A stretch of DNA of 64,000 nt, taken from the NCBI GenBank assembly GCA_028865725.1, contig JAGWJP010000001.1, positions 143,143 through 207,142 on the forward strand, given 5' to 3'. Position numbers and translations under genes: made by a program. Shown piece by piece: positions 30,406 to 40,876 of the stretch. The DNA is from Patescibacteria group bacterium. GTDB taxonomy: Bacteria; Patescibacteriota; Minisyncoccia; UBA6257; JACRHW01. The notes beneath the pieces were generated by a model. It did not search any database. It was not told the origin of the DNA and saw nothing but the letters and a program-made list of their open reading frames with translations. How positions within the stretch are numbered: position 1 is the first letter of the stretch; each line of letters starts with the position of its first letter.

Positions 30406-30510
30406 ATTCTTGCCACCCTACTCACATGTGGGTTATGCTGAATGTTTTGCATCGCGATGTGAATTTGTTATGCTGAAGAGAGTTCATTATCTCACAAGGG
30501 GGGTTATATT

Positions 30511-31260
30511 ATGCCACAGCTTCATTCCTATCCAGGAACATTTATTTTATTTGAAGGATTAAGCGGAAGCGGGAAAACGTTTCAAGCGCGCCGTGTTCAT
30601 GAGGAGCTGCAGCGTCAAGATGGTGCTGTTCTTTTGAATCAAGAACCCACATCGGGCGTTTTTGGCGCCATTATTCGCGAGGTGATTGAAAAAAGAACAG
30701 TTCCTGCACGGTTGCTTCAACAGGCAGGACAGGCGTTGCACGAGCATTTTCCGAGGAGATTCGATCTATTAGACATGTTCGTGAAAATCGCGGAAGACCA
30801 GCCGCTCAACGAACAGGAACGACAGGCCGTGTTTTTACTCGATCGGTTTGATGATTTGCACAACACCATCCATCCGGCTCTCCAGCGTGAAATGTGCGTG
30901 GTGCAGGATCGTTATGATTTGTCGACCTATGCATACTATAGTGCTGCACAGCCTGACGCGGCGGAAGCATTTCATACCATAGATCGTTTGCATGAAGACA
31001 TTGTAGGATCGCTTTATATCGTCCCCGATCTTATTTTTCTCTTTGATCTGCCGGCATCTGTCGCGGTAGAGCGCCTTCGCGCATCCGGAAAAACGATGGA
31101 TATGTATGAGCGTGAACGTTATCTTTCCTGTGTGCGCAAGTCGTATCGTATGGCGGGGGAATTGGCTGCCACCAAAACGCAGGTCCATCTCGTGGACGCT
31201 TCGCGGTCAAAAGATGAGGTGACAAAAGAGATTCTTGGCATAGTGAACGAGGTGGTATAA
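30511..31260 (+). CDS. Thymidylate kinase-like P-loop nucleoside/nucleotide kinase.
   Basis: FEGLSGSGKTFQ P-loop in the dTMP-kinase arrangement. rplA is absent after rplK. Confidence 0.6.
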   Translation: MPQLHSYPGTFILFEGLSGSGKTFQARRVHEELQRQDGAVLLNQEPTSGVFGAIIREVIEKRTVPARLLQQAGQALHEHFPRRFDLLDMFVKIAEDQPLNEQERQAVFLLDRFDDLHNTIHPALQREMCVVQDRYDLSTYAYYSAAQPDAAEAFHTIDRLHEDIVGSLYIVPDLIFLFDLPASVAVERLRASGKTMDMYERERYLSCVRKSYRMAGELAATKTQVHLVDASRSKDEVTKEILGIVNEVV

Positions 31261-31263
31261 ACG

Positions 31264-31288
31264 AGGATCCCCATGAGGGATCTTTTTT
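31264..31288 (+). terminator. Intrinsic terminator.
   Basis: GGATCCCcatgaGGGATCttttttc. Confidence 0.55.
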
Positions 31289-31298
31289 CTGGCTATTT

Positions 31299-32819
31299 TT
31301 GTCAGAATTTTTTATAATGGAACCACTACGTATGAGATATATTCCTACCATCGGGCTCGAAATTCATGCAGAACTGCGGACACAGACGAAGATGTTTTGC
31401 GATTGTTTGAACGTGGAGGAGATTCATCCCAACAACAATGTGTGTCCCGTGTGCCTTGGTCATCCGGGTACGCTTCCTGTTCCGAATGAAAAGGCGATTT
31501 TGCACGTGCTGCGTGTAGGAACCGCACTTCATGGCACGATTGCAAATATCACGAAGTTTGATAGAAAAAATTATTTCTACCCTGATATTCCCAAGGGATA
31601 TCAGATTTCCCAGTATGATAAACCGCTTGTGCGCGATGCTGCACTTCAGTGCTACGTGGGCAGCGCAAAAAAAACATTTGCAATCCATCGTATTCATATC
31701 GAAGAGGACACAGGGCGTCTCCAGCACGGGGAGAACAAATCTTACAGTCTTGTTGATTATAATCGCGCAGGAGTACCTCTCATGGAGCTTGTGACCGAGC
31801 CGGTTCTTGAAAGTGCGGAAGACGCAGAAGCATTTGCGGCGCATTTGCAGCTCATATTGCGTTATCTTGGCGTCTCTTACGCCCAAATGGAGAAAGGACA
31901 GATGCGGGTTGAGGTTAATATCAGTATGCGTTCCGAGAAGAGCCAGAAACTAGGCACGAAGGTTGAGATTAAAAACTTAAATTCGTTTCGCTCGGTGGGA
32001 GATTCCATCCGCTATGAAATGGCGCGCCAAGAGGAATTATTGAATGCGAAAAAGAAGGTAGTCCAAGAGACGCGCGGATGGGATGAATACAAGCGCGTGA
32101 CATTTTCTCAGCGTAAAAAGGAGTCTGCGCATGATTACCGCTATTTTCCGGAGCCGGATATCGCGCCACTCGTACTTGGAGAACACGCGCTTCGCGAGAA
32201 GGTGGAGGAGGGCATTTCCATTGCTGAGATTGGGGGCACGCTTCCAGAACTTCCTCTGCCCCGTCTTGAGCGTCTCATTCGGGAATATGGGCTTGGGTTT
32301 GCCGAAGCTGAGATTCTGGTGCAGCACAATAACACTGCAGAATTTTTTGAACACGCGGTTTCAGAGGCGATTGCCGTAGATGCTACGCTTTCACGCGAAA
32401 TAATCGCCACGCTAATCTATAATTTTCTTGTTTCAGATCTTTACGGCCTTATGGATGCGGGGGGTAGCGATTGGAGCTTCTTAAAAATTACACCGGAGAA
32501 TTTTTCTCATCTTGTAGTACTCTTTGCGACAAAAAAAATTTCAAGCCGCGTAGCAAAGGACGTTCTTCGCGAGATGTTTGAAACCGGCGCGGAGTGTGAG
32601 CATATTATCGAAGAACAAGGGCTGGAGCAAGTAAGCGATGTCGCGGCGCTCGAAGCGATTGCGCGCGATATCGTTGCCGAATTTCCCGACGCCGCTTCAG
32701 ATTACCGCAAGGGGAAAGAGGTATCGCTTCAATTTTTAGTAGGCATGCTGATGAAAAAGACGAAAGGAGCCGCGAACCCAGAAGTGGCGCGCGAAATATT
32801 AAAAAAACAATTATCCTAA
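31299..32819 (+). CDS. gatB: Asp-tRNA(Asn)/Glu-tRNA(Gln) amidotransferase subunit B.
   Basis: YIPTIGLEIHAELRTQTKMFCDC...PVCLGHPGTLP. The start is probably at MRYIP (31335). Confidence 0.9.
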   Translation: MSEFFIMEPLRMRYIPTIGLEIHAELRTQTKMFCDCLNVEEIHPNNNVCPVCLGHPGTLPVPNEKAILHVLRVGTALHGTIANITKFDRKNYFYPDIPKGYQISQYDKPLVRDAALQCYVGSAKKTFAIHRIHIEEDTGRLQHGENKSYSLVDYNRAGVPLMELVTEPVLESAEDAEAFAAHLQLILRYLGVSYAQMEKGQMRVEVNISMRSEKSQKLGTKVEIKNLNSFRSVGDSIRYEMARQEELLNAKKKVVQETRGWDEYKRVTFSQRKKESAHDYRYFPEPDIAPLVLGEHALREKVEEGISIAEIGGTLPELPLPRLERLIREYGLGFAEAEILVQHNNTAEFFEHAVSEAIAVDATLSREIIATLIYNFLVSDLYGLMDAGGSDWSFLKITPENFSHLVVLFATKKISSRVAKDVLREMFETGAECEHIIEEQGLEQVSDVAALEAIARDIVAEFPDAASDYRKGKEVSLQFLVGMLMKKTKGAANPEVAREILKKQLS

Positions 32820-32826
32820 CGAGCGT

Positions 32827-33126
32827 ATGGAAGAAGTATTTGGGAAAAAATCCAACAATAATGTTCGCGCTCACACAAAACGCGAAGCGCAAGAATGCAG
32901 GGACCGACTCGAGGTATTGCACGGCGATCGTAATAAGATTCTTGCAGACATCGATGTGCTGCTCAAGAAGATCCAGAAAGGTAATCGCCTCCACCCAACA
33001 CAAGACGAGGATCTTCACGATCTTGAACAACTTACCCGGCTGCAAGATGAGCGTATAAAATTAGAGGAGGTTATTGCGAGAGAAGAAAACGGGCTCGCGC
33101 ATATTTCTCAAACACCAAAGGAATAG
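32827..33126 (+). CDS. Hypothetical coiled-coil protein (99 aa).
   Basis: ORF, charged and helical. Confidence 0.4.
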   Translation: MEEVFGKKSNNNVRAHTKREAQECRDRLEVLHGDRNKILADIDVLLKKIQKGNRLHPTQDEDLHDLEQLTRLQDERIKLEEVIAREENGLAHISQTPKE

Positions 33127-33155
33127 AAAAAACAAGACTAAGAAAGATTAGGAAA

Positions 33156-34103
33156 TTAATGTGCTTGCTTCATAAGGCGTATAGGGCGGAGTATCCCTAC
33201 GCATGCATCATGAGGGGTTTGAAACCAGATGATATTTTTTTTGCGTCGAAACCATGTCATTTGGCGCTTTGCGTAGTGAAGAATCGCAGACTCAAGTGAC
33301 TGTTGCATATTTTCGTAGGTACATTTTTCTTGCAGGAAGAAGGCGACATGCTTGTATTCAAGACCAAATGATTCGAGACGCTTCCATGAGATGCCTTGCG
33401 TAGCGTGGAGTGCCTGAATTTCCTCAATCATGCCTTGCGTGAGGCGCATTGCAAGCCGCTTGCGTATTTTTTTTCTGAGCATTTCAAATCCGGGAAAGAT
33501 TCCTACGATGATTACAGGATAAGGAATCGGATGTTTCTGAAGCGGCCGTATTGGCTGGTGCGTTTCGGTGATGATTTCTATGGCGCGGATAATCCGGCGC
33601 GGATTATTGCTGTCCACATGATGCGCAAACGCGGGATCGAGTTTCTGGAGCAGGCCAAAGAGTTCCGTGATTGATTTTTTTTCAAGAGTCTTGCGGAGCC
33701 TGTGGTTTATGGCTGAGCGGGGAAACTCCCAGCCTTCAAGCACGGCATCAATATAGAGCCCCGTCCCTCCGCAGAAAATGGGCGTGTTGCCGCGTTTCAT
33801 AATCTCGCGGATAGCGTTCTCTGCCTGTTTTTGATACTGCATAACCGTAAACTGCCGCCGCGGGGAAGCTACATCAAGCAAGTGGTGCGGAACGCCTTTC
33901 ATTTCCCGCGAGGTGATTTTGCCGGTTCCGATGTTCATCAAGCGATAGACTTGGCGGGAATCTGCAGAGATAACTTCACCATGGACATGGCGCGCGATTT
34001 CTACCGCGCAGTCTGATTTTCCTGACGCAGTGGGACCCACGACCGCAATGATGCAAGGTCTCATTGACTTCTTCATAGCGTAATGGTACATAATTTTTAG
34101 CAC
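33156..34103 (-). CDS. miaA: tRNA dimethylallyltransferase.
   Basis: IIAVVGPTASGKSDCAVEIAR...ISADSRQVYRLMNIGTGK. Confidence 0.9.
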   Translation of the reverse strand: MLKIMYHYAMKKSMRPCIIAVVGPTASGKSDCAVEIARHVHGEVISADSRQVYRLMNIGTGKITSREMKGVPHHLLDVASPRRQFTVMQYQKQAENAIREIMKRGNTPIFCGGTGLYIDAVLEGWEFPRSAINHRLRKTLEKKSITELFGLLQKLDPAFAHHVDSNNPRRIIRAIEIITETHQPIRPLQKHPIPYPVIIVGIFPGFEMLRKKIRKRLAMRLTQGMIEEIQALHATQGISWKRLESFGLEYKHVAFFLQEKCTYENMQQSLESAILHYAKRQMTWFRRKKNIIWFQTPHDACVGILRPIRLMKQAH

Positions 34104-34135
34104 CTAGACCTGTAAAACACAAGGAGGAGATTGGT

Positions 34136-34420
34136 ATGGTGCAGACACCACGACCTTTTTTGATTGTTGTAAAAGAGACTGACTCTGAGGGTTGTGAGAC
34201 ATGTAAGATTGTTTGTGTAGAGGGTTTCGATACTATCCAGGAGGTCGAAGAATATTTTCAGGAGATAAGTGAGATCGCAACGCGGCGTCGTGTTTCCCTT
34301 GAGGTTGTCGAGATTTTCAAGAGCGAGCGTCACTATGCGGAGCGCGAGTTCAAAAATGAAAAACAGAAGCCATTTCAGCAGGTACTTCTTTCGAAAGGTC
34401 TTCCTTATGGCACAGTATAG
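34136..34420 (+). CDS. Hypothetical protein (94 aa).
   Basis: RBS aaggagga. Confidence 0.45.
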   Translation: MVQTPRPFLIVVKETDSEGCETCKIVCVEGFDTIQEVEEYFQEISEIATRRRVSLEVVEIFKSERHYAEREFKNEKQKPFQQVLLSKGLPYGTV

Positions 34421-34673
34421 ATATTTCGTATCGTATGCGATTGATCGGGTTGCGTCTAGCGGACATGGATTTCAAGTGGTGTTGAGTCGAAACGACGCGG
34501 GTCTTGTCGAGTCGGTAATTGAGAATACGATCATTATGTGTAGCGGCCCCATTACTTCTAGCCAAGATATACGAGACCTAGAACGGACAATTGGTGCGTC
34601 AAGGGATGCAATGGTATCGTATAATGTGCGCATTCTGAGTTTTCAGCTTCTTTCTAAAACAGGAGAAGTATAA
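34407..34673 (+). CDS. Hypothetical protein (88 aa) overlapping the previous gene by 14 nt.
   Basis: Internal ATG (MAQYRYFV) of listed ORF 34269..34673. Confidence 0.35.
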   Translation: MAQYRYFVSYAIDRVASSGHGFQVVLSRNDAGLVESVIENTIIMCSGPITSSQDIRDLERTIGASRDAMVSYNVRILSFQLLSKTGEV

Positions 34674-34682
34674 CACAAAAAT

Positions 34683-34707
34683 CCCCACAACGTGGGGCTT
34701 TTTATTT
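34683..34707 (+). terminator. Intrinsic terminator.
   Basis: CCCCACaacGTGGGGctttttattt. Confidence 0.65.
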
Positions 34708-34766
34708 GGAAAAAGATTCTCGATTCGTGTTGCTCGCTCGGACCCTCTTAATTTTTTATATGCGTG

Positions 34767-36524
34767 TTATGTGCGGTTTTTTATTTCTTCGAGAAGGCTT
34801 ATTGTAAACGCATCGAGCGCAAGTGCACCTTTGTCACCTTTACCGTGTTTTCTTACCGATACCGTGTTCGCCTCTACTTCTTTGTCACCGAGGACTAAGA
34901 TGTAGGGGATCTTTTTTTGTTCACTTTCGCGAATTCGTTTTCCGAGTGTTTCATTATCATCCTCGATTACCACACGTACCCCTGCGTCTTTCAGCGTGTG
35001 TGCTACGGTGTGCGCATAATCGTTGTGACGTTCGCCTACGGGAAGTAAGGCGACTTGTACGGGCGCAAGCCATGTGGGGAAGGCTCCTGCGTAGTGTTCA
35101 ATCAAAACTGCCATGAAGCGCTCCACGGAACCTAAGATGGCACGATGCACCATCACGATCCGCTCGTCCTTTCCTTTTTCATTGACGCATGACAAGGCAA
35201 AGCGTTCAGGAAGATTGAAGTCGAGTTGGATTGTCGCAAGCTGCCAATCTCTTCCGAGCGAGTCTTTCGCAATGAAGTCGATTTTTGGGCCATACATGGC
35301 TGCTTCGCCAAGGCCATCAATGTATGCGACGCCGCGTTTCTTGATCGCGGATTTCAATTGTGTTTCCGCTTTTTTCCATATCGTGGGAGTGCCGAGATAT
35401 TTTTCAAAATGCGCAGGATCATGGCGTGAAAAACGCACGGTAAGCGGCATGTTAAAGACGGCGTAGAACGTATCGATTATATCCCACACTTTCATTACCT
35501 CTTCTTCAATGTGGAGAATGCGGCAGAAGATGTGGGCATCGTCTTGCGTAATCATGCGCACGCGAGAGAGACCGCCGAGCTCTCCCGATTGTTCATCGCG
35601 GTATACGGCGGTTACTTCAGAATAGCGAAGGGGAAGTTCGCGATACGAGCGCGCGCGCGAGGCATAGATTTGCGTATGATGCGGGCAGTTCATCGGTTTC
35701 AATGCAAACTCATGACCTTCACGCGAAGTAATCTTAAACAATTCATCTTTAAACTTTTGCCAGTGTCCCGACGTTTCGTAGAGTTCTTTTTTGGTAATGT
35801 GAGGGATGCGTACGCGCTCGTAGCCCATGGGAATTTGAAGCGATTGCACAAAAGCTTCAAGCTCTTCTCGGATTACCGTACCGCGTGGAGTAAAGAGGGG
35901 GAGCCCGCCGCCTACGAGTTCTGAGAATACAAAAAGGTCAAGTTGGGGCCCAAGTTTTTTGTGGTCGCGTCGTTCCGCCTCCTGAAGCATCGTACGATAC
36001 TCATCGAGTTCTTTTTTGGTTGCAAACGCAAGTCCATAAATGCGCTGGAGTTGAGGCTTTGTTGCGTCACTCTTCCAATACGCACCTCCAATTTTTACGA
36101 GCGCAAATGATTGAGGATCAATCTCGCGTGTGTTTTTTACATGGCCACCGCGACAGAGATCGGAAAAGAAGTTTCCGGTGTGTTCAATGGTAAGTTGTTT
36201 GCCTTCTTTGGCGAACTCTTTGATGAGTTCTTTTTTGAACGGTTGTTTTTTAAAACGTGTGCGCGCTTCCTCTGGCGTTACCTTTTCTGCCTTAAAGGGA
36301 GCGGCGGATGCGATCATGCTGCGCATCGTTGACTCGAATTCTTTGAGATCGTCTGCGGTGAGACTTTGCGGGAGAAGAAAGTCATAATAAAATCCGTCCT
36401 CAATGGTAGGGCCTACTCCGAGTTTGGCATCAGGAAATTTTTTAAGCACCGCTGCCGCCAAAAGATGGGCGAGCGAATGACGGATATAATCTAATGAAGG
36501 AGTCTGTACTTTTTTGGGAACCAT
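34767..36524 (-). CDS. thrS: Threonine--tRNA ligase, short form lacking the N-terminal TGS domain.
   Basis: Class II catalytic core and anticodon-binding domain, ...HRAILGSVERFMAVLIEHYAGAFPTWLAPVQV. Confidence 0.88.
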   Translation of the reverse strand: MVPKKVQTPSLDYIRHSLAHLLAAAVLKKFPDAKLGVGPTIEDGFYYDFLLPQSLTADDLKEFESTMRSMIASAAPFKAEKVTPEEARTRFKKQPFKKELIKEFAKEGKQLTIEHTGNFFSDLCRGGHVKNTREIDPQSFALVKIGGAYWKSDATKPQLQRIYGLAFATKKELDEYRTMLQEAERRDHKKLGPQLDLFVFSELVGGGLPLFTPRGTVIREELEAFVQSLQIPMGYERVRIPHITKKELYETSGHWQKFKDELFKITSREGHEFALKPMNCPHHTQIYASRARSYRELPLRYSEVTAVYRDEQSGELGGLSRVRMITQDDAHIFCRILHIEEEVMKVWDIIDTFYAVFNMPLTVRFSRHDPAHFEKYLGTPTIWKKAETQLKSAIKKRGVAYIDGLGEAAMYGPKIDFIAKDSLGRDWQLATIQLDFNLPERFALSCVNEKGKDERIVMVHRAILGSVERFMAVLIEHYAGAFPTWLAPVQVALLPVGERHNDYAHTVAHTLKDAGVRVVIEDDNETLGKRIRESEQKKIPYILVLGDKEVEANTVSVRKHGKGDKGALALDAFTISLLEEIKNRT

Positions 36525-36566
36525 ATTGAATTAGTTAAGTTGTTGTTAAGAAGGCGGGTTTGGCCA

Positions 36567-36616
36567 CTAGGGTATAGGGTTTTTGGTACCCGAATGGTTA
36601 TACCCTATACCCTAAG
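36567..36616. repeat. 13-bp inverted repeat (ctagggtataggg ... ccctataccctaa) with an about 23-nt loop, lying between dnaE and thrS.
   Basis: Read directly from the sequence. It sits immediately downstream of the dnaE stop on the minus strand. Confidence 0.45.
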
Positions 36617-36618
36617 GA

Positions 36619-39600
36619 CTAGGTAAGGAGTTTTGCGTCTTCGCAGAGAAGTTTCAAGTCTCCGTTTCTTCGATCAATATTTGCAAGCACAATGATACAT
36701 TGGTCTTTTTGCCATACATCTTTTGTCTTTGCAAGCAATTTAGGGAAGACGATGAGTTCCTGGGTACCGGTGTGATCTTCCATGGCAACAAAGAGCATCA
36801 TGTCTCCTTTTTTCGTCATGATTTTTTTAACGGAAGAAATAATGCCTGCTGTTTTTGCTGATGTGCCCTCTGTGAGGGTAGTAAGATCGCGCAATGTCGT
36901 AAAATTTGATTTTGCGAGACGTTCTTTATGGATATCAAGCGGGTGGCCCGACACATAAAGCCCAAGGAGCTCTTTTTCGTACGCGAGCTGCACCTGTTTA
37001 GGGATAGGGTCTGCGGTTGTAAACTTGAGAGTTGGAGTATAGGAATCTGCAAACAAGCTGTTTTGTGGGCTTGCTTGCTCTTTGCGTATTTCGGACGCAT
37101 AGAATATGAGATTCTCGAGCGACGCGAGCAAGATATGACGGGGGCGAAATCCGTCGAAAGCGCCCACCTTAATTAACGACTCAAGTGATTTCTTGTTGAG
37201 GTCTTTATGATTTACGCGTTGGAGGAAGTTCTCGACATTTGCAAAACGTCCATGCGCCTCGCGTTCTTGCACAATAGCCTCGATGATGTTGCTTCCTACG
37301 TTTTTTACCGCAGAAAGTCCAAAGCGTATACTGTCATGCGCCCCATTCCCATTTTTAATGAGCGCAAACTGTCCTACGCTTTCATTGATGTTTGGAGGAA
37401 GAACAGGAATTTGCATACGGACGCATTCCGCAATGATTTCTGCTACTTTTTCGTTATCTCCCGATTCTGCAGTAAGAATAGCGGTCATATACTCTCCCGG
37501 AAAGTGGGTTTTCATGTAGGCGGTTTGATATGCTACTTGTCCATAGCTCGCCGCATGTGCCTTATTGAAACCATACCCTTGGAATGGTTCAAAGAGCGCC
37601 CAGATTTCTTCCGCTTTTTCCCGCGACATCTCGCTATGCGCGATGCACCCCTCTACAAATTTTACATGTTGTTTAGCCATTTCTTCCGGAATTTTTTTAC
37701 CGACTGCTTTTCTGAATTTATCCACCTCGCCCCATGAGTATCCTGCAAGTTCGATTGCCGTCATGAGCAAGTCGTCTTGATAGACAAGTACGCCGAAAGT
37801 CTGCGCTAAGAAGCTTTCCATTTTGGGGTGGAGATAGACAATCTGTTCGTGTCCGTTTTTTCGCGCAACATAATTACTAATATTGTCCATAGGTCCCGGA
37901 CGATAAAGCGCCACCATTACGTTAATATCGTGGACGCGCGTTGGTCTTAATTCTTTAAGCCATTTGGTCATTCCGTCCCCGTTTAATTGAAAGAGTCCGA
38001 TAGTTTCGCCGCGTGCAAGAAGTGCGAATGTGTCACGGTCATCAAAAGGAATAGTTTGGATATCGATGTCGATATTGCGATAGCGCTTTACGAGCTGAAT
38101 CGCGTCTCCTAAAATAGCCAAGTTGCGGATGCCAAGAAAGTCAAACTTCAAAAGCCCCGCTGATTCTACTGCGTGCATGTCATACTGGGTAATTATTTTT
38201 CCGCCTTTCGGATCGAGTTGAAGGGGAACATATTCAGTGAGCGGTTGCGCGGAAATGACGACGCCTGCCGCATGCACTGAGACGTGGCGCACGCAGCCCT
38301 CTAATTTTTTTGCCTGATCGATTACGCGTTTTGCGTCATCTTCTTTTTGATAGATGTCTAAAAGTTCCGGAGAAATTTCAAGAGCATAATCGATAGTCAT
38401 AGGAAATCCTTGCGAGCCCATAGGAATATTTTTTGCAATTTTATCGCCCAAGGCATAAGGGTATCCAAGCGCCCGCGCGACATCACGCACCGCCGCACGT
38501 GCCATCATGGTTCCAAACGTGCCAATCTGCGCGACGTGGTCGATGCCATATTTTTCTCGCGCGTAGTCGATCAGTTTATCTCGTTTATCATCTGCAAGAT
38601 CCATATCAATATCGGGTGCGGAAGGGCGTTCTGGATTCAAGAAGCGTTCGAACGGAAGTTCATAGGTGAGAGGATTGACTGCCGTGATTCCTGTGAGGTA
38701 AGAAACGAGCGAACCCGCTGCTGATCCGCGCGTTGTGGTGAGGATTCCAACATTACGTGCGTGTTCTAGCAAATCGGATACTACGAGGAAGTAAGGAGAG
38801 TATCCTTTTGTGTTGATGACGTTAAGTTCATACTCAATTCGTTCTGTAATTTCTGGCGTATGTTCCAGATTTCTTTTGGGAATTCCTTCATAGACCAGAC
38901 GTCGCAATTCGCCATCATACGTCGTTCCTTCTGGAATCACAAAATTAGGAAAGGTCCATGCATCCAACTCAAGTTCAATATGTGTCTTGTTCGCAATCTC
39001 TTGCGTATTGGCAATCGCCTCCGGGTGGTTTGGAAAGAGTGCTGCCATTTCTTCTCCCGATTTCATAGAGAGTTCAAAATCTTTCATGGAGAAACGGTTG
39101 GCATCGTTCAGCTGACTTCCTGTTTGCACGGATACGAGGATATCCTGTGCTTCTCTATCCTCGGGATTTAGATAATGAATATCACCCGTGGCAACAGTTT
39201 TTGCACCTGTTTTTTGAGAGAGCATAAAAAGAGTCTCGTTCACTTCACGCTGCTCGGGATGATTTGTGTGACAGCCCAATTCGAGATAAAAATTTCCTTT
39301 TCCAAAAATGTCCTCATAATCATAAATTAACTGTTCCGCGTCTTTGAGGCGATGTTGGAGAATGGTTTTGGCGAGTTCTCCGCCTAAACAGCCAGAGAGC
39401 GCGATAATGCCTTTTGCGTGTTGTTTCAAGAGCGCTTTGTCCATGCGCGGTTTGTAGTAGAAGCCCTCGAGATGGGCTTTTGTGGAGAGCTTGATGAGAT
39501 TTTTGTAGCCTTCATAACTTGTGGCGAGCAATGTTAAGTGATATCGCTTATCATCAATGCCCGGATTTTTGTCGTACATGCTTCCTTGCGCAATGTAGGC

Positions 39601-39798
39601 TTCAAGACCTATGATAGGCTTAATGCCCTCTTTTTTTGCTGCGTTATAAAATTCAATAGCACCATGAAGGTTACCATGATCGGTAAGCGCAAGACTATCC
39701 ATACCTAATGAAGCCGCTTTTTTTATGAGTTCCGGTATTTTGGGGAGTCCATCAAGAAGGCTATAATGGCTATGGACGTGAAGATGGGTAAATTTCAT
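36619..39798 (-). CDS. dnaE: DNA polymerase III alpha subunit, short form (1059 aa).
   Basis: N-terminal PHP domain MKFTHLHVHSHYSLLDGL and a Pol IIIa core. Confidence 0.9.
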   Translation of the reverse strand: MKFTHLHVHSHYSLLDGLPKIPELIKKAASLGMDSLALTDHGNLHGAIEFYNAAKKEGIKPIIGLEAYIAQGSMYDKNPGIDDKRYHLTLLATSYEGYKNLIKLSTKAHLEGFYYKPRMDKALLKQHAKGIIALSGCLGGELAKTILQHRLKDAEQLIYDYEDIFGKGNFYLELGCHTNHPEQREVNETLFMLSQKTGAKTVATGDIHYLNPEDREAQDILVSVQTGSQLNDANRFSMKDFELSMKSGEEMAALFPNHPEAIANTQEIANKTHIELELDAWTFPNFVIPEGTTYDGELRRLVYEGIPKRNLEHTPEITERIEYELNVINTKGYSPYFLVVSDLLEHARNVGILTTTRGSAAGSLVSYLTGITAVNPLTYELPFERFLNPERPSAPDIDMDLADDKRDKLIDYAREKYGIDHVAQIGTFGTMMARAAVRDVARALGYPYALGDKIAKNIPMGSQGFPMTIDYALEISPELLDIYQKEDDAKRVIDQAKKLEGCVRHVSVHAAGVVISAQPLTEYVPLQLDPKGGKIITQYDMHAVESAGLLKFDFLGIRNLAILGDAIQLVKRYRNIDIDIQTIPFDDRDTFALLARGETIGLFQLNGDGMTKWLKELRPTRVHDINVMVALYRPGPMDNISNYVARKNGHEQIVYLHPKMESFLAQTFGVLVYQDDLLMTAIELAGYSWGEVDKFRKAVGKKIPEEMAKQHVKFVEGCIAHSEMSREKAEEIWALFEPFQGYGFNKAHAASYGQVAYQTAYMKTHFPGEYMTAILTAESGDNEKVAEIIAECVRMQIPVLPPNINESVGQFALIKNGNGAHDSIRFGLSAVKNVGSNIIEAIVQEREAHGRFANVENFLQRVNHKDLNKKSLESLIKVGAFDGFRPRHILLASLENLIFYASEIRKEQASPQNSLFADSYTPTLKFTTADPIPKQVQLAYEKELLGLYVSGHPLDIHKERLAKSNFTTLRDLTTLTEGTSAKTAGIISSVKKIMTKKGDMMLFVAMEDHTGTQELIVFPKLLAKTKDVWQKDQCIIVLANIDRRNGDLKLLCEDAKLLT

Positions 39799-39898
39799 GT
39801 TAATAGTGAGTAGTGCGCATCTCGTATGTGTCTGTGCATCGAGATCCCATTACATACAAAATACCATATCATACGCAACAAACGCATATTGTCATATC

Positions 39899-40534
39899 AT
39901 GAATTTATGGTTAGAAAAAAAATTATGGCATTCTGGTTATGATACGGTTATTGGTATTGATGAAGTGGGAAGGGGGAGTTTGGCGGGGCCGCTTGTGCTT
40001 TGCGGAGTTATGATACGTCAATGCGATCTCCCGCAACTCAAGAAAATAAAAGGAGTGAATGATTCTAAGAAACTTGCGCCTGCTGCGCGCGAGGAAATTT
40101 TTTCTCACGTAAAGCAATTTGGTATTCCGTATGTGATTCAACGAATTACTCCTCGCATGATCGATGCAAAAAATATTTATAGGGCTGCCATTATGGGATG
40201 CAATGGTATTACCAAGAAATGTGAACGCGTTGTTCCTGCATCTTCCCGATTTGTCGTATGCGATGGAGGACTTTTTGTTCCACGTATGCCTTCCGCATTC
40301 CAAGAGACCTTTATAAAAGGTGACGCGCGTGTTTTTTCTATTGCTCTCGCTTCCATTGTTGCAAAGCAGGTACGCGATGCGCTTATGGTTCGTTTCTCGA
40401 AAATATATCCCATATATGGGTGGGATAAGAACAAAGGGTACGGCACCAAAGCACATCGTGATGCGTTACAGGCGCATGGGGTTACGCCGTTTCATCGGGT
40501 TACGTTTACGACTGCGTGCACAAAACCTTTGTAA
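39899..40534 (+). CDS. rnhB: Ribonuclease HII.
   Basis: VIGIDEVGRGSLAGPLV. Start moved to ATG 39899 (MNLWLEKK), giving 211 aa. Confidence 0.85.
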   Translation: MNLWLEKKLWHSGYDTVIGIDEVGRGSLAGPLVLCGVMIRQCDLPQLKKIKGVNDSKKLAPAAREEIFSHVKQFGIPYVIQRITPRMIDAKNIYRAAIMGCNGITKKCERVVPASSRFVVCDGGLFVPRMPSAFQETFIKGDARVFSIALASIVAKQVRDALMVRFSKIYPIYGWDKNKGYGTKAHRDALQAHGVTPFHRVTFTTACTKPL

Positions 40535-40576
40535 CAATGGGCGTAGCGCTCTATTTTATTCTGATTTTTGGATGCA

Positions 40577-40605
40577 TTGACGCGATTTTTAAAATACAGT
40601 ACTAT
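40577..40605 (+). promoter_or_regulatory. Candidate promoter for rpmF: TTGACG, 17-nt spacer, TACTAT.
   Basis: ttgacg at 40577-40582 and tactat at 40600-40605. Confidence 0.4.
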
Positions 40606-40650
40606 TCTAATATCGTTATTGTTTAGTAGATTAATCCTAATTTTACGCAT

Positions 40651-40854
40651 ATGGCAGGCGTACCCACCAAACATCATTCAAAATCAAAAGTAGGACGACG
40701 ACGTTCTCATCTCGCGCTTACCACGCAACAGCTAGTGGTATGCAAAGAATGTGGTGCCGCAATGAGGCCCCATCGTTATTGTGCGAATTGCGGGCACTAT
40801 AAAGGTAAAGAAATCACCTCACGCATTACAAAATTTGTTGAAAAAAAGAAGTAG
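40651..40854 (+). CDS. rpmF: 50S ribosomal protein L32.
   Basis: MAGVPTKHHSKSKVGRRRSH...CKECGAAMRPHRYCANCGHYKG. Confidence 0.9.
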   Translation: MAGVPTKHHSKSKVGRRRSHLALTTQQLVVCKECGAAMRPHRYCANCGHYKGKEITSRITKFVEKKK

Positions 40855-40876
40855 AGACTTTTGATCTTTCTTTGAA

